Shown here: positions 49,652 through 60,758 of the stretch, in pieces
Layout: each line of letters begins with the position of its first letter
Numbering within the stretch: position 1 is the first letter of the stretch
Origin: Laetmonice hystrix
Taxonomy: Eukaryota
Reading direction: 5' to 3'
DNA: 64,000 bases
NCBI GenBank assembly: GCA_965235115.1
Contig: OZ249440.1
Coordinates: forward strand, 20,398,001-20,462,000
The notes under the pieces: generated by a model
Seen by the model: the letters and a program-made list of their open reading frames with translations, nothing else
Told to the model about the DNA's origin: nothing
Database searches by the model: none
Made by a program: the position numbers and the translations under genes

Positions 49652-50407
49652 CTAAGACTAAGCCTCCATTTTAAATGGGCCTTGACATGGCTCCATCGAT
49701 GCGGATGACTGGGTCTGACGTGTAATGGCCCTTGGCACAATGATACGACCCTCTACGGGGGTAAACTTCTATTGTCACCTTGGCAGATGGCAGGGTGAAC
49801 CTCTTAAACCGACTCAACACCCCAGGCACACGTCAAGATTCTCTTTAGTTCTGACATGAAAGATGTTTAAATCGCACTCTATAACACTCATGACGTATTG
49901 TGATGGACTCTGCATGTCGTTCACTTTGAGATGGTCTCATTGTTGACCTTTTATTAGTCGTCGCAGTTGAAATATATCAATTAGCAGTAACAGCTTGACC
50001 GAAACTGTGTGGAGGACAGAGCCCATGATGTCAACATTTGGCAGATAAAGAAGGGAGATAATTTGTTCTCGCACTGATTTTATATAACAAACATTATAGG
50101 GCAGAGTACAATATTACTTAAAGTCCTCACACTCTTCAACATCTACTTACAATATGAGAACTGCATTTATAACGGTGAATAAATCTATTCAGGGAAGGGC
50201 TGCAGATCACAAAGTCAAAGCTGTATTAAACATGCTCAGTGAAATGTCTTGATTCCGTGTAGCGTACTCCCCAAGGTATTGGCCCCTAGTACGGAGATAC
50301 ACGTGCATGGTATCAGCCCATCCCGTGTTCTCGGGGCGCCGTTGGAACCTCGCGGGAACACAGGCCAATTCTCGGACGTGAGATCCCGGGGTCAAGATGG
50401 AAATGAA

Positions 50408-50526
50408 GGTCTCTGACCAGATAGAGTACTGTGTCAAGGACAAGCGTCGTCGGGGCACGGAGGTTTCTGACCAGATAGAGGACTGTGTCAAGGACAGGCG
50501 GCCTGCAGGTCGTCGGGGCACGGAGG
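50408..50526. repeat. Imperfect direct duplication, about 54-bp unit x2
   Basis: GGT(C/T)TCTGACCAGATAGAG(T/G)ACTGTGTCAAGGACA...GTCGTCGGGGCACGGAGG at 50408 and 50462. Confidence 0.9.
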
Positions 50527-53500
50527 GTGTTGTACGTCCATGGTTGGCTGATTCAGTAACCCACAGTGATCGAACTTACTGATGATGTTTCACACGGTCG
50601 GATCTAACTGGAGATGAACATCTCACCATCATCATCCAAGTGAGAGTTTGACGAGTCGTTGGCGATAAGTGGACCACGCCCAGTACTACAGACGCGCAAG
50701 CGTCTCCCATAGACTGCCACTTCTGTGTGGGTGACATCAAATGCCCTCAGTGCCTGCCAGTCAATAGTACTTTGCTGTATTACAGGCAGTCGTCCTATTT
50801 CACGTTTTCTCAAGGGCACCGAAAACCGTTCTTGAACATTTTTCTTCTGTTTCCTTTTGAAATGGTGTATCAAATTTCCATTGTAATGTTTTATGCATTC
50901 GCCCAACTTTGTCTTTAGATCTCGCCTTACACACAAGAAAAAAACTCGGTTTCGATACAATGGTTGTGTGTGTGCAAGTCGATGTACGATATCATGCATT
51001 CAAACCCCAGAGCTTTCATTTAAAACAATCCTTGCTCTATCCCAAACCGCAGACAGCTCCATTGAGTCGGCATATTGTAGCCATAACCGTAACAGTCACA
51101 GGAATCTTTTTTTAGGAACCGGGGAATTAACAAAACAAATAACATCAAGATGCCAGCGGTTCATTTAGTCAGGCGATGCCCATTACCCGTCTGCCGAGGT
51201 CGTGGTCGCGCCATGGTATGGGAAGGATCCACCAGGGGAACGCTAGCCTCTTTAAGTGGATGGTGTCTGGTAGCGAGAGAGACAAGTCTCAATTGAGATG
51301 AACGGATGTAATGTACTTGAAGGAACCTCCTCCCTCACTCGTCCTGCGGATCTATGATCTATGTCCCGACCCTGACCGTGACCTATTCGTGAAATAGCTC
51401 TGACCCTACGAGGGGGTGGAGGACACTTCACTGCTCACAGCGATTACAGTTCGTCTTTATTTAAACTGTACCATCTCATAATTACCCCTCTCTTGGAATA
51501 TGTATCAAAACATTATATTATATCTCTTTACGAGAAGGAAATATATAGATATAGGAAAATAAAAAGAAAGGACGTAGAGTTCCCCTCAGTTAATGTCACT
51601 CTCGCTTATAGTTTTATGCGAAAAGTTAAAAAAGCCCACCATATCAGCCCAGAACGAGTTAGTTTTTAAAATCCACTTTGTTTACGGTTCTCCTTGCCCT
51701 GCTGGTAATTCTGCTACATGTTGAACTACTCGCCTTTGGCTAGTGGATCATGGTCTGTAACAAATCGGGTCTTGGAATCGTCTAATGGTCCATAACCTTA
51801 GTGAAATGTTGATCTAGGGGCCCGGGTCAGAGAAAGGGGTTCGGCGGACCGGTCCATGACGGTGGAGGAGGTTACTGAAACCTTGTCCGGTGTATTATTG
51901 CTTGGAAATACTGACTTGTCCACACAATGCCCGGGGGTCAATGGTGGTCCATTATAGGACATTTCTGTCAGGATACTTACGTTTACATCGCCACTGAACA
52001 TCGGGAAAAGGAGGATGTTAGAATTACGGACTGCACAAATTATACAAACAATTAAGGCGAAGACGATATCACTGTCTTCATCAAGGGGCGATATCAAATG
52101 TATTGCGTAAAACTGTTTTTGTTGATTGTTTGCATTGCTGGACGTTTGGTCTTTTATGAAGACGCCTATTTTTTTGCATGCTCTTGAATTCAAGTGCGCA
52201 GTATGCTACCAATATTTTACCATCATGTGGGGCAATTTACGTCTCCACCCAGCAGCCACACTCGTTTCCTGTGTCGTCATTGCATGCACGACTAATAGAT
52301 TTTGTAGATATAATTGTTAAAATTGCGTGATCTCACGTGCAGTATAGGACTGTGGGTATATTGTCCCTTCCTTCGAGTTGCTGCAGATACTGACGGCTGT
52401 TTTATCTAAACGAGTACAAAGTAAGGGTATTGGTTTATATACGGCAATGTGGAATTACTCTGCCTACAAAAAGTGACATGCAGGGTGACGAGACGGATCT
52501 ATTGTCCGTGTACGACAGAAGAAAAGTGGCAGGGCCCGTACCGCCTGCAGGTAAACGGGACCTGAGGAGGCTGAACAGTGTGGTTCTGATCTTTGTGCGT
52601 ACTCTAACCGTCTAACACCTGTGTTTCCGTGCCACATCGCGGTGGGGTATTAGTATATTAGTTATAGGCAAACCACTTGTTGTTACTTTTGTAGAAATTA
52701 TAGATAGCCACTCCTAGCGCCCGAGGAGGTATGCTGAGTGTGAGTCGGCGGGGCGTCAGTCAGGGTGGTCCGGGCTCCTCTATAGTTTACAGGGGCAGGC
52801 AACAAACTGACTACTGCTAAAGAAATGTTTAATTATGTACGCCTTCGGATTTCTCCTGGGCTTCCTTGTTTTAATTTTTGTCTTTGATTTTGTGAATGCT
52901 CTATTGCCTTTTTGTTTTTGTTTTCTTACTTTTTCTTCTCATCCATTCCATGTTCAATGTGCGAGCTTCCTTATGATGGTGTAATCTTATAATAATATAT
53001 TTAACTTTAAGATATAGGAAAGCCTTAGGGAACCGATGGAGTATATTTTTTGATTGATATCGAGTGTAATCAAACGGTGGGTATATTATATGCTTTCCAT
53101 AGCCAGACTGTTAATACAGAGACTCGTGCGTCTCCATGGACAGTTGAACCCTCTATATCTTTGACAGGGCCACTTTTAGTTAATGATAGGATTTGGGATC
53201 CATCTTTACGGAAGATGTCACTGCAATGATTGTCCTCTAAAGGACCGAGTAAAAAGGAACATAAATCAAATCTATAACAGCCCTATTGACAATACGTCAC
53301 AAGGGCACTGCGCCGTGTGTCGGGGCTGTTAACTTGACGTACTTATTTCAATGTTATTAACTCCACTGACTGCACAAAAGAAGATACATGGCGGCGTCCG
53401 ACTTATAAAATGACATATGTCTTCTTAAGATAAGAATGACTTGTATATGATCGGTGTAGCAAGATGAAAGCAGGGTTTAAACACACAAAGATTTAAAGAC

Positions 53501-54075
53501 GAGACCAACAAACGGCGACTGAATCGAACGTCTTCGACGCAAAAAAAGGCCGTAAACATTGCGAGTCTTAATTCTTCTTCGTTTCGACGGCTTCAGGGCG
53601 TGTGGAGTACATCTCGTTTGTCCCAGCCATGAAACCAAATTACGATTATAAATGGGTCCCTCTGCTGATTTTAAATGATGTATTTGACAGATTTAGTGCG
53701 ACTTTCCATGTGTTGCACATTGTCACAATATTGTAATAACATCCGTAACATTACACGAACGTACCACATTCTCAATGGCTTTTTCTGCTCCAAAGACAAG
53801 ATTTCTTCATTTACCGAACACGTTACAGTATTCTCACGAATCTGCAGATTTCCACCGAAAATGCTCTGCACCCGGAGCTTAAATGCATCTGGCTCATGTA
53901 GGCGAGGTCAATGTAAAGCCTATCCCAACACAAATAGCGACAAAAATATATTTTACGGTTATGCAACTTTGCCCATGTAATTTCTCGTTATTATGACTTT
54001 TCTACGTGAACTCCATGTTACGCCTATATACACGTGAAGTGAACGTGTTCTGTCATGACGTCATTGCGGCAACAT

Positions 54076-54222
54076 CAGGCACGGATCCAGACCGGTTCAT
54101 ACCGGTTCACGTGAGCCGGTCAGGCATCCAGAGTTTATTAACATTTTTTTAGGCCTACATGTGGAAATATGCATAAAAAGTCTTAGCTGTGGTGAACTGG
54201 TCACAGATTGGATCCGCCCCTG
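54076..54222. mobile_element. 147-bp MITE with terminal inverted repeats and an apparent 5-bp TSD
   Basis: Left CAGGCACGGATCCA and right TGGATCCGCCCCTG are complementary at 12/14. Both flanks are AACAT. Confidence 0.75.
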
Positions 54223-54399
54223 AACATATCCCTAGGTCACCATCCATTTGTAGGCCAACTCATGTAAAACCCTGGGGATCTTTAGTCCCGACAGTGTAAA
54301 ACAGTTTCATCCGAATTTGATACATTGATGTAATCAACATTATGAATGATAATGACAGTTGGAAACTGCAGGTATCGGTTACAACGTCGCTGCCAATCC

Positions 54400-55200
54400 A
54401 TACCAGTTGCTTGCAATGTCAGATGTTAGTACGCCCAACCACCGCAGGGGGCGTAATTGGCCACCAACGGCCACCAACAAGTTGGACGACCCACATGCCT
54501 GACGTAAACATGGCCAGATACGATGGCTATATGGCGCAGTTTTAGATGAAATAGAACCAATCTTGAACCGCAGATATACCGTGTTATTTACGATGGCAGC
54601 TCTCGAGTTCAAGATTGGCGATACCGTCGTAAGGAGTATAGCTCTCAGCAATAAAATAGGAGTCAGGCACACACATGAGGTACGGCGTACTTGATCAATT
54701 TATTATTGATATTCTCAGGTGTCATGGCAGTAAAATACCTTTGAGCACAGACTTAAACATGTGCACGTGTGCAACTTCGTCGACGTTTAAAGATTCGTGG
54801 TGTTGTCGGACTTTCCGCATCACACTGGCGTAATGTGCTATAGACAAAACATCAAAATCACCAAGGCCTTCACTGTCGTAGTAGTATAAGAAATCTTTAG
54901 AACAAAGAAACCGTGCAAAAATAGGCCAAATCAACATGATATACTTTGCCAAATGATGGATCCTGTTATGACTTTTGGTGAAAAAAGGATGAACAATAGA
55001 AAGAAGATCGAAGAATCAAGCGCATGTATACATGTATATGATCATATATAGACAGAAATCAATGGATTAAGGTTGTGGCTTTTGATCCGCGAAATCTATA
55101 TGAATACCCAGCTGTTTAGCGCGCTGTTACTGCGACACGCCAAAGGCCTTCGACGGTGTTGACCCTGAGGCATACCGCGCATGCAGCATTAATGACCAGT
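54400..55200 (-). pseudogene. Possible decayed NLR NACHT exon
   Basis: Minus frames give RVNTVEGLWRVAVT (eroded Walker A region), KDFLYYYDSEGLGDF (Walker B-like), MFKSVLKGILLP*HLRISIIN*SSTP (cf. LLKGKLLPxAxILITSRP) and NLELES (cf. LEILG). Confidence 0.38.
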
Positions 55201-56760
55201 CTTAGTTATAGGGCTTTTTCCTTTCGACATCGTGCCATTGATGGATCTGCTCGAAGAACGTTAAATGTTGATGACTTCAGTCGTAGATCAAGTGCACTCT
55301 TCCTATTATACCGCAGTAAAACTTGCTAAGTTTTTCGTTTGGTCTTTGATAGCAGCCATTCGTCCGCCGTTTCTTTGACAACAAAAGTTTTATTCTATGA
55401 TAAAACTGGTTTTAATTTGCAAGGTCAGCTCGGTTTATATCCTCGGCTACTAATTCCTTCTCCTTGACAGACTGGATAATGTATTGCACTGATTGTTTCC
55501 TGGAGGTTCTTTAAGATTTAGACGTTCCCTCTAGCACTCGTTGGGTTTACCAGTGTATGGGTCTTTGCTTCTATATGCATGCATCTGTAGACCTAATGCG
55601 ACTGACACGTTTCAATCCTCCATTACGGCAGCTTGTACCCGACTTGCCTGCCAAAAGCATAGGTATGCAGCTTTAGACCGACTGCAAGTTTCGGCAAGGC
55701 CTGTCGTGTATAGAATAGGGTTGCGTTGTGCGAGATTACGTCACAGACACAGGATTCCAATTGATTTTTTTGGCAAGTTATAGAGGAAGAGGACGTCGTT
55801 TTGATTAGAGTATGCTAAATTACGGCGTGACCACGCGGAGAGCCTCGCTACCAATCCGCGCATGCTCCGTTAAATCCCGGGGCTTCAAGTCGGGGAACAT
55901 CAATGGCTGGTCGCAAAATGGCGGCATCGAAAGGAGCAAGTAGGGGAGGGATAGAGAGGGTCTTGGTTGTAGCTGAGCAGTGTGGGGTGAAATGTGGCAG
56001 GCATGACTACATAAGAAAGGTCATGGACCGGTGAACACATTCGTAGGCCGCATACAGTCGGCACGTTACGTTTAACAAAACGCAATGCTACGCCGCAGAT
56101 ATAACGTCAGCTTTGGCACATGAGTTTTCTCAAGTCTCATGGCTTTTAAAATACAAATAAAGAGACAAAGGGGCATTGCAAATAGAGAGATAGAGATAGA
56201 AAGAAACACAGAGGGTGACAAACATGGAAAGGAAACAGATCCGTGGGATAGAAAGAGGAACCAGAAGGAAACAAAGAGAATCACTATCAGATCTATATAT
56301 GAGATATGAATCAACTGACTCACTCAGACTCAGAACCAGCGGAACGATATAATATGAAAACGTAAAAAAAAACAGAAGAGGAAAAATAACCCCAGCAAGT
56401 TGGGGACAATATATGCAAGAGAAAAGTCTTGACTAACATTTTGCTGAGCTGACAAACTAGGCGTTTTGTCGCCCACGTGGTCTATATTAACCCGAGTATC
56501 CCGTGCACATATAATATGTAGCAAGTAAGCAAGGGAATTTGTGTGTATACGAAATACGATCTGTCCCAAAACACAGGTGGGCTGGTTATCGAAACGGTTC
56601 TGGGATTATCGCGGGCAGCATGCCGTGGTGTGACGTGCTGATCTGACGCTGAACCCCAGCCGGGGGTGGAAAATATACAGCGGGAATAATGCGACGACAA
56701 GACCACATAGCGGGTCCCTAGCACCAGATCTCTGGCTATACATGACCGCATCAATATATC

Positions 56761-56968
56761 NNNNNNNNNNNNNNNNNNNNNNNNNNNNNNNNNNNNNNNN
56801 NNNNNNNNNNNNNNNNNNNNNNNNNNNNNNNNNNNNNNNNNNNNNNNNNNNNNNNNNNNNNNNNNNNNNNNNNNNNNNNNNNNNNNNNNNNNNNNNNNNN
56901 NNNNNNNNNNNNNNNNNNNNNNNNNNNNNNNNNNNNNNNNNNNNNNNNNNNNNNNNNNNNNNNNNNNN
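56761..56968. other. Assembly gap (208 N)
   Basis: Run of N. Confidence 1.
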
Positions 56969-57159
56969 AGAACTCTTCTCTTCTGAGGTGCAACTAGAGA
57001 GAAGGGCAGATGGCAGATAATCTTGCAGAATAAGTGCTCTTTAATCAATGTTTATGAGATCAGTTATTTACATTGACATTTGCTATATCAGCATGGAGGG
57101 CGAGAGTCAAATAAACACAGCTTACCCTCAACTGCAAGCAAGTTTCGTGTCTTGAGTCT

Positions 57160-57600
57160 CTTTTAGAGACTAATATATCGCTCTGTGAGTGTACACCTAG
57201 AGTTCCTTAGATAGAACTCTTGTTGTTTGTACGAATCCCGCTGTGTCAATTTGGTTTTCCTCATGCACGTCTTTGCCAAGCAGCGGGTCGGTATTGGAGG
57301 GTTGGGTAAGGACGGGTTGTTTGATGGCTTGGGGTGCATAAAGTATCGACAGGAGTGCCCAATGAAACACTTCGTATTCGTACCCCTCTCTCCATGCCTA
57401 CCGGCCACCGGAGGGTTATTAACCTACGTGTCAGTGCATCAAAGCGTATGACGTTGACTGGGAATGAACGAACTTGATGAACCCACCAGGGCGTTTGGTA
57501 ATCACTATACGATAGTATCAGCGAGTTTTTCCTCAATTCCCGCAGAATTTCATCCCAGCCTTCCGTCGACATTTAGGGGAGGAGTCCACTTCAAAGGACT
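57160..57600 (-). pseudogene. Decayed NLR NACHT exon of the xxGWDE type
   Basis: SGLLP*MSTEGWDEILRELRKNSLI (Walker B, cf. GVLxILEGWDEL...R..SLI), VHQVRSFP (cf. VTSRP) and LTRRLITL. After a frameshift: SNNPSLPNPPIPTRCLAKTC (cf. L..NP.I...C.IPL.C..IC) and TKLTQ. Confidence 0.5.
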
Positions 57601-58360
57601 CCTGCCGCGCTGTGTTTCCGCCGCCATTACAACCAGGTAGCCTCGGAGCGCGGGTGGTCCCTACCCTCGCTGTTTTATCGCTGTCTTTTAGCGGCAAATA
57701 TACATTTGTTCATTCATTGAGCACTGTTCATGCTGAGTTGCAATACTAGTCAGATGCTACCAATACAACACAGCTGACAAGCATTCAAGCTTTGTCTTGC
57801 TCCATCAATTACTGCATTATCCATCGCAGTGTACAACGACACCATCCCGACGTAAACTGGAGCAGGGGCCACGAGCAGACGACATATAATATGCCATTCT
57901 AGCCTCGTTGTCGTTCCCATTAAATGCGCGCTACCTGGCGGTGACAGCAGTCATAATGGAAAACATTGAACGCACCTGATTATGTTTCCGATAAATCGCA
58001 AGTTAATACGTGTGATTACAGAACGTAGCCACCTCGGTTATCGGGCAGAAAATCAAATTGTAAGGGGAAACCAGTACTGCAATTAAGCTTTGACAAATTA
58101 AAGCAGTAAGTAACATGATCTGCTGGCTGAGTGACGCTCACGGGCAATGCAAGGTGCAAACGCCTGCATCTGTGCCATGGCGGTGTCAGAAAGTCTTCAT
58201 TAATTGTAAGCCGTTGTAAGGAAAGTTCATGACATCTATCGGAACACGAGAGCGGTTTTATAAGATTACTCCTGAAGACAACTGCTGACAGGTAAACTCC
58301 ACTGCAAGGGTTGTCAGAGCGAACCAAGTGGTGAAAGTATCCATTATCAATTCATATCAA

Positions 58361-58498
58361 NNNNNNNNNNNNNNNNNNNNNNNNNNNNNNNNNNNNNNNN
58401 NNNNNNNNNNNNNNNNNNNNNNNNNNNNNNNNNNNNNNNNNNNNNNNNNNNNNNNNNNNNNNNNNNNNNNNNNNNNNNNNNNNNNNNNNNNNNNNNNN
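58361..58498. other. Assembly gap (138 N)
   Basis: Run of N. Confidence 1.
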
Positions 58499-59502
58499 GT
58501 TTATATTCACTGTATGTTATGCGATGCTTGCATTTCGTGCAATTTTAATGCTCTAACTTGGCCAAACCCTGAGGTACCTTCATGAGACTAGACCCCTGTA
58601 GAGACTGGCAATGGGGTACACGAATTAATGGTCGGGTCACAACATGTTAAGTGTTACAAAGCCAGACCCCCAAAAAAGAGAAAAAAAATAGCAGTGGCGA
58701 TCATGTATCATCCTTCTGGTAGGAGGAAAGCGTTTTCTACTTTTGGGTCAAGTTTCACTTTATGCCCGCCGGCGAATTCGGTCAAATGTTTAAACCTCGT
58801 CGTTTGCAGCTACATGTACACACATTTCCGTGTGCATCTTTTACGTGTGCAGCCGATTTCACCACAGACAGATTATCGTAACCATTAGGGCTATCGGCAA
58901 TATTAGGTTGAACAAATACAAGTACACCTTTGATGAGATGGCATCGTGATTCGCATAAGATCATTTTGACGCTATAGTTGTGTTGGGGGGGGGGCAAATA
59001 TTGACCACGATTGTTGCAAGCATTGCTCCACCTTCTCCACTTTGATTATATTCCCGAGACACAAAGCAGGCCCCGCTCTCTACTGGGATCGAACCTACTT
59101 AAAACGCAAAGTGAATCCCAATGATGGTGGTAAGGAGGCGGCAGCACAATTGGTCTACAGGGAGGCAATTGGTGCCCGCAAGATCGAGTTGCAAAACGCC
59201 GCTAGCGGTTGGCCATCAGACCAAAGTTGAATACGGTGGGTTTTAACAGGTTTGATTTATATACGTTATTACCTCAACACGAGGCTGTGTTTGTGGGTCC
59301 AGTAGATGTACCTTCAGGCTATGAGCGAGGCGAATTCTGCGGATGGCTATAGGGAGGAACAATAGGCGTTTGGCAAATTGGTATCCACATAGTTTAAATA
59401 GTATCGGCAGGGGCCTTTGTTATAGTAGGACGGGGCCACAGCCTCGGTGTGGGTACTTACCAATATCGGGCTGCCTCCTGGAAGACGAGTGACATCTGCT
59501 TT

Positions 59503-59994
59503 CTCTAGACTAAAGGTCAATCTTCTAACTAATGTACGCTGAATCTACTCTCGATTAAAGGTCAATCTTCTAACTAATGTACGCTGAATCTACTCTAGAC
59601 TAAAGGTCAATCTTCTAACTAATGTACGCTGAATCTACTCTAGACTAAAGGTCAATCTACTAACTAATGTACGCTGAATCTACTCTAGACTAAAGGTCAA
59701 TCTTCTAACTAATGTACGCTGAATCTAATCTAGACTAAAGGTCAATCTTCTAACTAATGTACGCTGAATCTACTCTAGACTAAAGGTCAATCTTCTAACT
59801 AATGTACGCTGAATCTACTCTAGACTAAAGGTCAATCTACTAACTAATGTACGCTGAATCTACTCTAGACTAAAGGTCAATCTACTAACTAATGTACGCT
59901 GAATCTACTCTAGACTAAAGGTCAATCTACTAACTAATGTACGCTGAATCTACTCTAGACTAAAGGTCAATCTACTAACTAATGTACGCTGAAT
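59503..59994. repeat. Minisatellite, 45-bp unit, about 11 copies (unrelated to the 11.1-kb array)
   Basis: Unit CTCTAGACTAAAGGTCAATCT(T/A)CTAACTAATGTACGCTGAATCTA, with 180-bp periodicity in the printed lines. Confidence 0.98.
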
Positions 59995-60758
59995 TAGTTA
60001 CACTGAAATCAGGTTCTAAAGTACAATAGGGCGTTCAATAAAATCCCATGGTCTGACCCACTGAACGGCGACTGGAAAAGGTCAGACAGTAGATTCTCTT
60101 CTGGCTGTGTCAGTTTTAATCACGTGTCACTCAAAGAATGGCCGACATTGTGTGAACGCAGGGCCTCTAACTGCGGATAATGACTCATTCCATTTTTGGT
60201 CTTTTACCAAGCAGTTAATAAAAGTATAGATCTAGGCAGTATTAATATTTTGTAGATGTTTACGCGACTGATATAGGCGTAGACCTACATGCGCTATAGG
60301 GTTGTACATAGTAGATGTTAAGGGACCGATCTACCTCTGTAACAGACCTGTAAATACCACGTTGTCGATATCTTGATCCGACGGATAATCGTTGACGCCA
60401 AGTGTTTCTGTCTGAGGTTGTTAAAGTCTGCGGTAGCCCAGCTGGGATATTGCAATTAAGGGTTGGAAAGAAGAAATAAAACAAAAAAGACAACCAATAA
60501 CAATGCTATGACTCACGTAATAAAAAGGACGGCGGAAAAGACAAGTTACTCGAATAACAACATAATATGGCGGAGTAATATTAAGCCAATTCTGCACGTA
60601 ATCGGGACATTATATTGGCAACTTTTCCACGGGCAAATGACTGATTCTCGAGCATTTCGTTCGCATCACCTTCCTTTAGGAATATTGAATCATCGTATGA
60701 ATGCTACGTTATGTAATCTTTAGTGCCGAGGAGAAGTATCTGTTAGCAGAGAGTACAT

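Noticed and set aside
51798-52500. APE-like GVFIKD...SGDVNV on - versus NACHT-like ALLDVW...PAATLV on +
   Set aside because: Two mutually exclusive weak readings overlap, so neither can be called.
56482-57048. ORFs spanning the N gap
   Set aside because: They are open only because N runs contain no stop codons.
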